Shown: positions 1-9,600 of the stretch, piece after piece
Layout: the number at the start of each line of letters is the position of its first letter
Position numbering within the stretch: position 1 is the first letter of the stretch
Source of the DNA: Candidatus Marinacidobacterales bacterium
Lineage (GTDB): Bacteria > Acidobacteriota > Vicinamibacteria > Marinacidobacterales > SMYC01
Direction: 5' to 3'
Assembly (NCBI GenBank): GCA_965237955.1
Contig: OZ250169.1
Span: 7,296,001 to 7,360,000 of the forward strand
DNA length: 64,000 nucleotides
Made by a program: the position numbers and the translations under genes
Notes under the pieces: model-generated
Seen by the model: only the letters and a program-made list of their open reading frames with translations
Database searches by the model: none
Told to the model about the DNA's origin: nothing

Positions 1-1134
1 AGAAGCCGAGCTGTTTGAGCAGTCGACCGACGGTTTTGCTGCTGACGTTCACACCGAGGCTTCTTAGCTCGCAAGCAATCTTGTCGGTGGTCCGCCGCGT
101 CCATTTCACTCCCGTCATCGGATCGCCCGCGGTGTCGTGCTTCATGAGTTCTTCGATCTTGGCGATGACTTCTGGCGTTTTTTTTGCACGGCGCGCCGTC
201 CGCCACCCTTTCGCCGAACTCCGTCGAGCTCAACATCTCTCATTAGCAATTCCCTACGACCTCTGGCTACCGTGCTCGGATCCATCCCGAGCAGTTCGGC
301 AATCTGTTGGTCGCCACCGTGACCGAGCTTCATGGCCTCGACTCCCGCGTAGAGACGGCGCTGCTTTTCATCGAGCAGGCTGTAGAAAAGAACGATCGCA
401 GCCTTCAACTCCACGGGGAGCACGCGGACTCCCCCGACCCAGCCCAACGTGGAAGGTGACGCCTCATGTACCTGGCGGGCCGAGAGCTGTTGCTTGCGCG
501 TGCTCACATCGGTGGCCAGATACAGATATCGGCCGAACACCTGCTCGCGCGCCAATCTTTTCTCTCGGACCAGTTTCAACAGAGGAGCCTTGACGTCAAC
601 CTGCACCACGTCCTCGAGCTCGTCGACGTAGTAGCCTGCCTCACAGGCCGCGACCAACGCTTTTACCGTCGCAAGCAACGTCCCGTACTTCGAGAACCAC
701 ACTGAGCGCAACGACCAAAGACCTTTTCGATCGAACTGGGCGATCTCGTCCAACGTGTAGTAGCTACCACGGTGGGAGTAGCTTGTCCGATACGCCAACT
801 CATTGAGCTTTCGGAAGACGGTCGAGTCCACATCGGTACCCAACACTGCCTTCAAATCATCGAGGGTAGCTATTTTGTGCTTCCTCAACAGGCGGTCGAG
901 ATCTTCAGACTGATAGCTCGTAGGTCTCATAATAGGAGAAGTGCTCCTTGATAGGCGTAATCCTCCCTAAAATGAGGACCGTTTGTCAAACACGCGCTGG
1001 TTGCTGAAGATCTACAAATGTTCCGTTTCTAGGGAGCTTGCCAGGCTCTCGTGATGCCAGACGACATCGCGATCACGACCTGAAACAGGAAGAGTGTGCT
1101 CAAAACTAGACAGTTATTTTGTCGGCGGCCCTTA
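1..1134 (-). mobile_element. ISAzo13-family insertion sequence, 5' part (runs off the left edge of the window)
   Basis: Transposase motifs LDEKQRRLYAG...TVARGRREL...RRKGGGRR, continuing in the -1 frame as TAGDPMTGVKWTRRTTDKIACELRSLGVNVSSKTVGRLLKQLGF. The likely terminal sequence TTATTTTGTCGGCGGCCCTTA lies at about 1114-1134. Confidence 0.8.
142..930 (-). CDS. ISAzo13-type transposase, ORF A (N-terminal extension plus HTH); continues by -1 frameshift at A8 (178-185) to position <1
   Basis: 262-aa ORF. After GTG CAA AAA AAA C, the -1 frame gives KTPEVIAKIEELMKHDTAGDP... Confidence 0.8.
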   Translation of the reverse strand: MRPTSYQSEDLDRLLRKHKIATLDDLKAVLGTDVDSTVFRKLNELAYRTSYSHRGSYYTLDEIAQFDRKGLWSLRSVWFSKYGTLLATVKALVAACEAGYYVDELEDVVQVDVKAPLLKLVREKRLAREQVFGRYLYLATDVSTRKQQLSARQVHEASPSTLGWVGGVRVLPVELKAAIVLFYSLLDEKQRRLYAGVEAMKLGHGGDQQIAELLGMDPSTVARGRRELLMRDVELDGVRRKGGGRRAVQKKRQKSSPRSKNS

Positions 1135-1173
1135 GTGGATGGAAAGCGACGAACGTCTCTGTCACCTCGCCTG

Positions 1174-1277
1174 GTATAACGTAAGGCTGAGCTGCGGCCG
1201 GCGTCATAGAAGATGGCGTCGATCTGATTCGTTGGCCGAATCGTACTGCCGGCCGTCTGCTCCAGCCGAAGTTATAC
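1174..1277 (-). other. Integron attC recombination site (solitary)
   Basis: The minus strand reads GTATAAC-ttcg-GCTGGAGCAGACGGCCGGC...GCCGGCCGCAGCTCAGC-cttac-GTTATAC. This gives R''/R' boxes (AAC/GTT), an L'' box with one extra base, and 104 bp in total. Confidence 0.8.
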
Positions 1278-1639
1278 AGCTCCCCGTTCACATTGTCATC
1301 TAAGCGTGACGCAATTCGAGCAGTGTGCCTCCCAATCGTGGTGGTTGGTCAGAGCGGGTTAAGTCGTTGCCGCAGCCTCCGACTGGGACGACAGGATCTA
1401 GTCTACTAATAATGATGATGCCGGGAAGTGAACCCTGTAAGGTTGGCGATGGAGTTGCAGCCACCCGTTAAAGATGGTCAACAGCTGCTCCTGCACCGGA
1501 TCATCACCTATGCAAGGCCACGAGTCGCCACACGACACCAGGAAGCGATTCTCATAGCCAACCGGTCGCTCATAGAAGTCTGCGAACGATCCTGTCGAAC
1601 GTTCGCTCTCCGCGCTCCACAATGCTCGTGCGAACAGCA

Positions 1640-1948
1640 CGGCTCTTCCTGAACACCCTCGACAGTGCGGCGGCGGTGCGGCGTCTCGTCGCGTTCTACG
1701 TCCGTGAGCACAACGAGAAGATCCCGCGCGTCGTTCTCGGAGCTCGCACGCCGGACGAGGTGTATTTCAGCCGAGAGGAGAATGTGCCGGAGCGGCTCTC
1801 CGAGCAACGCAAGACAGCGCAGCGGGTCAGGAGCGCGGCAAATCGAGCAGCGAACTGCCATCGCTGCGAATCCTCACGCGCTGGCCCTGCTGTCCGGAGT
1901 GTCGCCAGGCCAGGGGCTCGTCGAAAACCTGCTCGGAAATCTGCATGA
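1640..1948 (+). pseudogene. Integrase-core (rve-type) transposase C-terminal remnant
   Basis: LFLNTLDSAAAVRRLVAFYVREHNEKIPRVVLGARTPDEVYF resembles the Y-x-x-x-HN...G-x-TP-x-E-x-Y tail of DDE integrase cores. The N-terminus is absent. Confidence 0.65.
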
Positions 1949-2019
1949 TGTCTGTGTGAGCAGCACGGCTGCTGCTTGGCACCGCGCGTACGGGAAGGAT
2001 TATAGCCTCTCCTGCCATT

Positions 2020-3240
2020 TCAGTGGATCCTCTCGAGGGTGAGACCGCCACAGTTTAGGTAGACGAGACTGATGAGAGCTTCGGCAGAGTGGAGTCCAAA
2101 GCTGCGGTGGCTCAGCAGCCGGATTTTGTTGTTCATTCCTTCGAGTCGGCCGTTGCTGAGTCTCCACGTGACCCACGCGATGACGCCATCGAAGTGGCTG
2201 CGGATCATCTTCGCCGCGCGTTTGACGGGCTCTATCCTCGAGCTCATAGCGCGCCGCAGCCATCCTCGGAGAAACTTCTTGGCCCATGTCTCGGTTTTGT
2301 AGGTGTAGAGGTCCATGAAGTCGTCGCGCAGAAGCATGGCGCGGTAGAGGCGACGATTAGCTCGCACCTGCTCGCGGAGCACCCGTTTGTCTTTCGCGCT
2401 GCGGTTGTGTTTGGCCTTGAGAAGGGGAAACTTGGTGTTCTTGAGGTTGCGCCGGGCAGTCCCTTTGAGCTCGCGCACCAGCTCGCGCCGGGTCTTATCC
2501 ACGGCCTCGTTCAGATGCTTGACGATGTGGAAGCGGTCAAAGATCACCCGTGCCTGAGGAGCCTTTTTGCCGACGACAGTTATGTACGGCTCCCACATGT
2601 CCATGCTGACCGCTTCGAGCTCCGCGGCTCTTTGTGGTCCGAGCTTGCGGAAAAACCGCAGCAGCGTCTTGGCCTTGCGCTCCTTTCCCGCCCAGACGAC
2701 CCGGCCGCTGAGATGGTCTATTACCACTGTTAAGTACTTGTGGCGTTTGCGGTAGCTGATCTCGTCCATCCCAATCACCCGCAATCCATCGAGCTCGCGC
2801 CGCTCATCCCGCTGCTCGGCAACCACTCGCTGGATGATCCGTCGCACCGAACGCCACGTCACTCGGAAATAGTTCGCTACGGCGCTGACGTCCGTCCTCT
2901 GTGCCAGCCACGCTACCTCTTGTTCGAAGCTTTTGGTAAAGCGGCTTCCCTTGTCTGCCCAAGGCACCTTTTCTCTGACCACTCCACACCGCCGACATAC
3001 CACTCGTCGGATCGAGTAGCGAAGATAGGTCCGGACTCCGAACAGGTCCAAGTGCCGCCAGTAGCGATTGTAGCGATCTTTGTTCTTGCGGACCTTTCGT
3101 CCGCAAATCCCGCACAGAGGCTTCCTCCTCCGTGGTACTACATCCACCACCACTCTGGCTTTGTCCGCCTGGAAGTGGAAACCTCGGACCCACAGGCCTT
3201 GCAATCCGATGAGCTTGTTGACTAACGTAGTAACGCGCAT
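2020..3240 (-). CDS. ISL3-family transposase
   Basis: Zinc finger CGIC...CRRC, GMDEISY, SMDMW, FDRFHI, SNGRLEGMNNKI. The start is probably MRVTT at 3240 (the ORF track extends it to 3300). Confidence 0.95.
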   Translation of the reverse strand: MRVTTLVNKLIGLQGLWVRGFHFQADKARVVVDVVPRRRKPLCGICGRKVRKNKDRYNRYWRHLDLFGVRTYLRYSIRRVVCRRCGVVREKVPWADKGSRFTKSFEQEVAWLAQRTDVSAVANYFRVTWRSVRRIIQRVVAEQRDERRELDGLRVIGMDEISYRKRHKYLTVVIDHLSGRVVWAGKERKAKTLLRFFRKLGPQRAAELEAVSMDMWEPYITVVGKKAPQARVIFDRFHIVKHLNEAVDKTRRELVRELKGTARRNLKNTKFPLLKAKHNRSAKDKRVLREQVRANRRLYRAMLLRDDFMDLYTYKTETWAKKFLRGWLRRAMSSRIEPVKRAAKMIRSHFDGVIAWVTWRLSNGRLEGMNNKIRLLSHRSFGLHSAEALISLVYLNCGGLTLERIH

Positions 3241-3365
3241 CGCGGGAACGCTCTTTTCTCTTTCGGAAAAAAAGATTCTAGCGTTCTCGCCGATGCGCAT
3301 CTACACATGGCTTACCCTCTCAACCCACGGGCCTCACCAAATGCCACTGCCCCTCAGCGGGAGAC

Positions 3366-3686
3366 GAGGCTGTGGGAAACGCCCCCACGGTTCTGGTCGT
3401 TCAGACCTTGCTCACGACTGAGTTCTCTTCGAAGCCTGGAAGGGCGTTTTCCATAGCCTCCACTAATCGAGCCCCCCTTCCTTATTCCATATGAATTAAT
3501 CTTTCTTGTATATATATCAGGAGGGGCCTGTGGGCGCTCGTGGGAAACGCGAAGCGTTTTCCAAGCGATTGTGGAAAACGCCGCTCCACGTTTGTACGTG
3601 CTCACAACCTTTCCCTAAACGCCTCTCTCGCCCGGAGTTTCCGGCGTTTTCCACAATCGCGGCAGCGTCCATAGGCCATGCCCTCC
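3366..3686 (+). ncRNA. Putative structured RNA or ssDNA element in the ISL3 non-coding end
   Basis: Stems 3366-3384/3442-3460, 3525-3538/3664-3677 and a perfect 19-bp stem 3565-3583/3642-3660. The mismatches are G-U on the + strand. Transcription is not demonstrated. Confidence 0.45.
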
Positions 3687-3740
3687 AACACAAATCAGAT
3701 CCCCCGAAACGACAGGAGAACCGGATTATACTTGCCTGTC

Positions 3741-4289
3741 GTGTCGCGCAGTGTGGATCGCCGAACCGCTCTCAAAGCTCTCGGCTCCCTCTCGTTGCTG
3801 GCGCTTCCTCACCCGGCCGTTCCGCTGCAGCAGGGAGAGACCTGGACGCCCCGATTCCTGGACGACGCTGAGCTCGATACAGTAACGGAGCTCGCCGAGC
3901 TCATCATCCCTCAAACGAACACGCCCGGCGCGAAGGCGGCGAACGTCCACCAGTACATCGATTTCGTCCTGAGCGAAGCAACGGAGGAACAGCAGGGCTC
4001 GTTTCGCGGCCGCCTTGCCTGGCTCGACGAGCGCAGTGGCTCCCGTTTCGTCTCCCTCGATGAGCAGGCACAGATCGAATTGCTCGAAGCCCTGTCCGCA
4101 GATGGCAGCTCGGAGGACGAGCGCGGCGTTGCGTTATTCGAGCAGATCAAGCAACTCACCGTCGAAGGCTACTACCGCTCGCGGGCGGGAATGATCGAGG
4201 AGCTCGACTACGACGGCAACAGTTTTCTAGGGGAGTTCGAAGGCTGCACCCACCCCGAGCACCACGACTGGTCGCCGGAGGACAACTGA
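3741..4289 (+). CDS. Gluconate 2-dehydrogenase subunit 3 family protein (Tat-exported partner of the GMC oxidoreductase)
   Basis: Tat motif [32 protein letters not shown]. Translationally coupled to the GMC gene. Confidence 0.85.
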   Translation: MSRSVDRRTALKALGSLSLLALPHPAVPLQQGETWTPRFLDDAELDTVTELAELIIPQTNTPGAKAANVHQYIDFVLSEATEEQQGSFRGRLAWLDERSGSRFVSLDEQAQIELLEALSADGSSEDERGVALFEQIKQLTVEGYYRSRAGMIEELDYDGNSFLGEFEGCTHPEHHDWSPEDN

Positions 4290-5932
4290 TGGCGGTGGTG
4301 CGCCAGCCAGAGACTCATGACGTTGTCGTCATCGGAAGCGGCGCTTCCGGAGGCATGGCCGCCTGGAACCTGACCCGAAAAGGGGTCAAGGTCCTGCTTC
4401 TGGACGCCGGGAGCAAGTTCGACCGGGACCGCTTCTGGACGCACGTGCTTCCGTTCGAAGCGGACGAGCGACTTCGAAACGGAGGACGCCGGCCGGAGTT
4501 CTACCTCGATAAAGAGGAACAGCCCTATCTCACCCCCGAGGGAAAGCCGTTCCAGCTGACGCGCGTCTGGGGACACGGCGGCAAGACCAACGTCTGGGGA
4601 CGGGTTAGCCTCCGCATGTCCGACCTCGACTTCACCGCGGCAGAGCGCGATGGCTGGGGAGCCCCCTGGCCGATTCGCTATCGCGACATCGCTCCGTACT
4701 ACGACCGGGTCGAAGAGCTCATCGGGGTCTTCGGCGGCGACGACGACTCGGAGGTGCTGCCGGGAAGCAAGCACCTGATGCCGCCCCCAGCTCTTCGCTG
4801 CGGCGAGGTAATTCTGTCGAAAGCGGCCCACCACCTCGGGATTCCGGTCGTGCGCATGCGACGCGCCAACCTCACCCGGAATCATCGCGGCTTCCCCGCC
4901 TGTCATTACTGCGGCAACTGCGGCTCGGGCTGCGATACCGCGTCTTTCTTCAACTCCGCAGATCACCTTCTTCCGTTCGCACTGGAAACAGGCAACCTGC
5001 GGATCCAGTCGAACGCGGTCGTCTCGCGTATCCTCGTCGACGACAACGGCCGGGCCAGCGAGGTCCAGTACTTCGAGCGTGCGTCCGGCCGCGAGCAGCG
5101 GGTGCGCTGCCGGACGGTCATCGTGGGCGCCGCCTGTATGGATTCGACGAGGATCCTCCTGAACTCGAAGTCGGAGCGCTCACCGAACGGTCTGGGCAAC
5201 GGCTCCGACGCCCTGGGGCGTCACTATTGCGAGCAGGTCATGGTGCACGTCCGTGGATTCCTGCCACAGCTCTTCGACCTGGGCTACCGCAACGATGACG
5301 GCGCCGACGGTGGTCACATCTACCTTCCGCGGTTCAACCATCGAACGAAGAACGACTACCTGAGAGGCTTCGGGATGCAGTTCTGGTCGAGCGGCTGCAC
5401 CCCTACCGCGATCCCCATTGCCGAGCGTGTGCCCGGCTTCGGCGCGTCGTTCAAGGCCGAGGTCAAGAAACGCTACCCCGGGTTCGTTTCGCTGCATCCG
5501 TTCGGAGAAGTGCTCCCCAGACCGGAGAACCGGGTCACCGTCGACGAGAGCCGCACCGACCGATACGGCGTTCCTTTGATGAATATCGACGTCGGCTTCG
5601 GTGAGAACGAGAAAAAGATGATGCGCCACATGTACGAAACCTGCGAGGAGATCCTCCATACCGCGGGCGCCGAGATCTCGCCTTTCCGGCGCGACGAGCA
5701 CGACCCACCCGGCTCGGCCATCCACGAGCACGGTACGTGCCGGATGGGAGGCGATCCGAAGAGCTCGATGCTGAACGCTTACAACCAGATGCACGAGGTG
5801 AACAACGTCTTCGTGGTGGACGGCTCCGCCTTCGCGAGCGCTTCGGAAAAGAACCCCACGCTCACCATCCTCGCGCTTTCCTGGCGAGCCACCGACTATC
5901 TGACGGAGGAGCTGAGAAAAGGGAACCTGTGA
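4289..5932 (+). CDS. GMC family FAD oxidoreductase (glycoside 3-dehydrogenase-like)
   Basis: [13 protein letters not shown] motif, [11 protein letters not shown] Fe-S motif, [18 protein letters not shown]. Confidence 0.92.
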   Translation: MAVVRQPETHDVVVIGSGASGGMAAWNLTRKGVKVLLLDAGSKFDRDRFWTHVLPFEADERLRNGGRRPEFYLDKEEQPYLTPEGKPFQLTRVWGHGGKTNVWGRVSLRMSDLDFTAAERDGWGAPWPIRYRDIAPYYDRVEELIGVFGGDDDSEVLPGSKHLMPPPALRCGEVILSKAAHHLGIPVVRMRRANLTRNHRGFPACHYCGNCGSGCDTASFFNSADHLLPFALETGNLRIQSNAVVSRILVDDNGRASEVQYFERASGREQRVRCRTVIVGAACMDSTRILLNSKSERSPNGLGNGSDALGRHYCEQVMVHVRGFLPQLFDLGYRNDDGADGGHIYLPRFNHRTKNDYLRGFGMQFWSSGCTPTAIPIAERVPGFGASFKAEVKKRYPGFVSLHPFGEVLPRPENRVTVDESRTDRYGVPLMNIDVGFGENEKKMMRHMYETCEEILHTAGAEISPFRRDEHDPPGSAIHEHGTCRMGGDPKSSMLNAYNQMHEVNNVFVVDGSAFASASEKNPTLTILALSWRATDYLTEELRKGNL

Positions 5933-6144
5933 AGAATCACCTCGCCCACTACGAGATCCTCGAAAAGCTCGGCAGTGGAGGCGTAGGCGAGGTCTACGTT
6001 GCCCGCGACAAGAAGCTCGACCGCAAGGTGGCGCTGAAGATCCTTCCCCGCGAGATGGCCTCCGACGAGCGCTGGGAGCGGTTCGAGCGCGAGGCGAGGG
6101 CGGTAGCCGCCCTCAACCATCCCAATATCGTCCAGGTGTACTAG
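5929..6144 (+). pseudogene. Truncated Hanks-type Ser/Thr kinase (N-lobe only)
   Basis: [16 protein letters not shown]...VALKIL...[21 protein letters not shown] followed by a stop. Confidence 0.85.
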
Positions 6145-6206
6145 CTAACTCTCGGTGAGGAGAACTGACTAGTCGAACTCGATGTCCTCGTAGTCTTTCG
6201 TCGGGC

Positions 6207-6947
6207 TCAAGGCGAGAGCTCGCGGACCCAGATGTTGCGGAAGCTGACCGGGTTTCCGTGATCCTGCAGCATCAAAGGTTGCTTCGGAGGATGCGCCTCA
6301 TAGGCGGGCTCGCCGATATAGACGGTCGGCCCGGCGAGCGACACGTGGTTCTGAATCAAGATCCCATTGTGGAACACGGTCAACGTCGCCGGTCGCTCGA
6401 CCGCACCGTTAGCCGCAAAGCTCGGTGCCGCGAAAACAATATCGTAGGACTGCCATTCCCCCGGACCGCGTGAAGCGTTCACCTCGGGGATGAACTGTTT
6501 GTAGACACTCCCCGCCTGTCCGTTCGAGTAGGTCCGGTTCTGGAACGAATCCAGAACTTGAACCTCGTACCGCTTCATCAGAAAGACACCGCTGTTGCCC
6601 CGCTCTTGTCCCTCGCCCTCGGCAACGGGAGGCGTCCTCCACTCGATATGGAGCTGAACGCTGCCGAACGATCGCTTCGTCACCAGGCTGCCTGTGCCCG
6701 CTACCACGGTGAAGGCACCATCGGCAACGCCCCACCTGGGTCCGCCGCCGTTCTCGTGTTGCCACTCCGCCAGGTCCGATCCATCAAAGAGAACGATGGC
6801 ATCCGAGGGAGGCTGGCCGGGGTCGTCCGGATCGATGACGCGAGGCTCCGGCTCCCAGATCTCGGTGAGCTTCGGATCGCCCGATTCCTGTTGCGCGCAA
6901 ACGCCATCGCACGTTAGCAGAAGGAGGAGCGCAAGAGCGCAGCGCAC
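6207..6947 (-). CDS. DUF1080 / 3-keto-disaccharide hydrolase family secreted protein
   Basis: Signal peptide, PPSDAIVLFDG, GNSGVF, YEVQVLD, LQDHGNPVSFRNIW. Confidence 0.9.
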   Translation of the reverse strand: MRCALALLLLLTCDGVCAQQESGDPKLTEIWEPEPRVIDPDDPGQPPSDAIVLFDGSDLAEWQHENGGGPRWGVADGAFTVVAGTGSLVTKRSFGSVQLHIEWRTPPVAEGEGQERGNSGVFLMKRYEVQVLDSFQNRTYSNGQAGSVYKQFIPEVNASRGPGEWQSYDIVFAAPSFAANGAVERPATLTVFHNGILIQNHVSLAGPTVYIGEPAYEAHPPKQPLMLQDHGNPVSFRNIWVRELSP

Positions 6948-6951
6948 GGCG

Positions 6952-7641
6952 TCAGCGTTTCCTGAACACCAGGAAGTACTGACCCTTCATGAGCGGAATC
7001 TCTTTCACCAGGTCGAAGCCGGCGTCCTTGATCTCGTCGCTGAAGGTGCCTTTTCCGGCCCGTACGTGCTCGAAGTAGAAATCCTCTGTGACACCGCGGA
7101 CCCGTTCGAACTCGATGATCGCCAACTGGCCGCCGGGTCTCAAAGCCTGGCGAATCGAGGCCAGCATGTCCTCGGGGTACTCGAAGTGATGATAGGCGTC
7201 GCAGGCAAGCACCAGGTCCACCGAGCCCGTGTTGAGCGTCGTGCTCCGGAATTCTCCCAGCACCGGGAGGAGGTTGTCGACCCCTTCCTTCGACGCCGCG
7301 TCGCGCAGGTAGTCGACGGCCTGAGGCGAGATCTCCACCGCGTAGACCTTTCCGTTCAGCCCTACCTCCCGCGCCATGAGACGGGCGATGAATCCCGTGC
7401 CGGCGCCGACGTCGGCAACGTCCATCCCCGGCTCGAGCGCCAGGGCGGCAACAATGGCGTGCCGATACTTGTAGATGGCACGGTCCTCGCGCTCGAGAAC
7501 GGCCTCGATGCGGTTCATGTCGGGATCGGCATAGCGTTCGTTGATGCCCGGTTTGACGCTCGCCTCTTGAGGGAGCGCAAAACTGGCGGCGCACATCCAC
7601 GCCAGACTGGTGATGATCAAGGGAGCTCTCGAATCGAGCAC
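6952..7641 (-). CDS. Secreted class I SAM-dependent methyltransferase
   Basis: VADVGAGTG, DAYHHFEYP, LRPGGQL. Signal peptide-like N-terminus and SD AGGAGG. Confidence 0.88.
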   Translation of the reverse strand: MLDSRAPLIITSLAWMCAASFALPQEASVKPGINERYADPDMNRIEAVLEREDRAIYKYRHAIVAALALEPGMDVADVGAGTGFIARLMAREVGLNGKVYAVEISPQAVDYLRDAASKEGVDNLLPVLGEFRSTTLNTGSVDLVLACDAYHHFEYPEDMLASIRQALRPGGQLAIIEFERVRGVTEDFYFEHVRAGKGTFSDEIKDAGFDLVKEIPLMKGQYFLVFRKR

Positions 7642-7728
7642 GCGGACCTCCTTTCGGCCGACTGAGTCTACAGCAGCGCGATCGCTCGGTCGAGTCGGCG
7701 CATGCCGTGTCAGGGTAACCGTTCGGAA

Positions 7729-8150
7729 GGATAGGAAATTTCATGGCCCATCGAGAAGCGTGTTCCTCCAATTTCCTGGCCTTGCATGCGGCTCAGCGAG
7801 TTTATTGAAGCTCGCTGAGGGTATCAGGTCGTAGGGATCTTTGAAACCAGCTCAGACTGGCTCTTGGTGGGGAGGTCGGTGTATGAACAGGCAGAAATCG
7901 GGCCGCGGTTGACGGGGAGAGAACGAGTGGCTTTGGGGAACGGTTGCACGAGCTAAGGAGGAGCGCGCGAGTCCGTTGTTCGGGTCTTCAAATGCGACAA
8001 GATCTTTTGAATGGCCTTGTCGTCGGTAATGAACGCGATGACGCGGAAGGTGCCGCCGCAATCGCATTGCAACGGATCGACGAGATACACGCGTCGAATA
8101 AGGGCGCGCCCAGTGTCTTCTGAGGGCGGCGCGCTTTTGCGGTGAAGGAG
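7729..8150 (-). mobile_element. IS91/ISCR-family remnant: transposase C-terminus plus oriIS-like end
   Basis: RALIRRVYLVDPLQCDCGGTFRVIAFITDDKAIQKILSHL...RAPP ends at 7953. The minus-strand TGAAATTTCCTATCC at 7729-7743 resembles oriIS. Confidence 0.7.
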
Positions 8151-8189
8151 GGGGTTCATCCTGAGCTTGGTGGGTGTCCTTGGTGCCGA

Positions 8190-8663
8190 ACGCAGGATTC
8201 TGAAAGCGCACGATTTGATCACGAGTCCGGCGTACGTGCTGCTCCGGGCGTCGGACAGCTTCACGCAACCGACCCGACACGTAAACGAGCTTTGGCAAAC
8301 AAACTTCACGCATCTGCGTGTGGTGGGCTGGGGTTGGTACTACTTGTCGACGGTGCTGGACGACTTTTCACGTTACATCATCGCGTGGATACTCTCACCC
8401 ACGATGGTTACGTCCGACGTCGAGAACACGCTCGATTTAGCGTTGGAGCGGACGGGGCTCACCCAGATCCAAGTACGTCATCGGCCGCGCCTACTCAGCG
8501 ACAATGGGCCCGCATATGTCTCGAGGAGCTGGAGCGCTATCTCAGCTCTGTCGGCATGACGCATACGCGAGTCGCGCCCTATCACCCGATGACTCAAGGC
8601 AAGATCGAGCGCTGGCATCGCTCGATGAAGAACGTGGTCAAGTTGGAGCATTACTACTCGCCT
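8190..8663 (+). pseudogene. IS3-family transposase internal fragment, frameshifted
   Basis: NELWQTNFTHL...STVLDDFSRYIIAW...LSDNGPAY, then in another frame PYHPMTQGKIERWHRSMKN. Confidence 0.85.
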
Positions 8664-9250
8664 GGTACTGGGCCCACAAGAAGGGGAAGGATAGGACAAT
8701 CGACGTCCGGTCCTACACCAACTGCGAGAGCGTCGAGCTGTTTCTCAACGGCAAGAGCAAGGGACGCAAGGACAGGCAGCCGAACTCGAGCCTGTCGTGG
8801 CAGGTCGAGTGGGAGCCTGGAGTTCTGGAGGCGAAGGGCTACCGGGACGGAAAGCTCGTCGCCGAGACGAGGAGAGAGACGGCGGGGGAGCCGGCCGGCA
8901 TCGCGCTCGAGCCCGATCGCTCGAGCATTAACGCGGACGGGGAAGACGTTTCCCTCGTGAAGGTCAGAATCCTCGACGCGCAGGGTCGACTGGTGCCGAC
9001 GGCCGGGAACGAGGTAAAATTCACGGTGGAGGGCCCGGGGGAGATCATCGGAGTCGGGAACGGCGACCCCTCGAGCCACGAGCCAGACAAAGCGGAGAGT
9101 CGCAGCGCCTTCAACGGCCTGTGCCTGGTCATCATCCAGGGGGCGAAGAAGCCGGGTGCAATCAAGCTTACGGCGGAGTCTGAAGGCCTGGAGAAGACCG
9201 TCGTTGAGATAACGGCGCTAAAGGCGCCGATACGACCGAGAGTACAGTGA
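8664..9250 (+). pseudogene. GH2 beta-galactosidase C-terminal fragment (DUF4982 plus Ig-like domain)
   Basis: YTNCESVELFLNGKS, WEPGVLEAKGY, GVGNGDPSSHEP, AFNGLCLVI. The catalytic domain is missing and the fragment abuts the IS3 piece. Confidence 0.85.
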
Positions 9251-9254
9251 TGGG

Positions 9255-9600
9255 TGACCGTCCGCGACCCATTCGCGAAAGACCTAGCCAAATACGTTTC
9301 CGAAGGTGCCAGCGTGCTCGACGTTGGCTGTGGCATTGGAGCTGTCACGGTCCACGCCGTCAGAGGCGGCCGGATCAACCGGTCGAGTCGTCGGCCTCGA
9401 CCCAATGGACTTCCTCTTGAATAAAGGAAAGGAAAAGACGACAGCGCACCCCGTCGAGTGGGTATTGGGCGGCGTCGAGACGCTGGAGTATGACGACGCC
9501 ACTTTCGACGTCGTTCTAAGTCACCAGGCACTTCAGTACATCGCCGACCCCCTCGTCGCGATGAATGCGATGGCGCCAGTCACGAAAGCAGGCGGGCTCA
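9255..9600 (+). pseudogene. Frameshifted, truncated SAM-dependent methyltransferase
   Basis: VLDVGCGIG in one frame, and RVVGLDP...FDVVLSHQALQY...KAGG in the next. Confidence 0.7.

Larger units (their letters stand above)
2005..3722 (-). mobile_element. ISL3-family insertion sequence, copy 1 (1718 bp)
   Basis: Imperfect 25-bp terminal IRs (GCCTCTCCTGCCATTTCAGTGGATC / GATCCCCCGAAACGACAGGAGAACC). Perfect 8-bp target duplication GGATTATA at 1997-2004 and 3723-3730. Confidence 0.95.

Noticed and set aside
3565-3660. DnaA-box-like TTTTCCACA / TGTGGAAAA suggesting a replication origin
   Set aside because: There are only two boxes, both arms of one IS-internal palindrome duplicated with the IS, and no dnaA or rep context.
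3678-3740. ORF-track N-terminal extension of the Tat subunit
   Set aside because: The ATG lies inside the ISL3 end. The Tat motif and -10 box favour GTG 3741.
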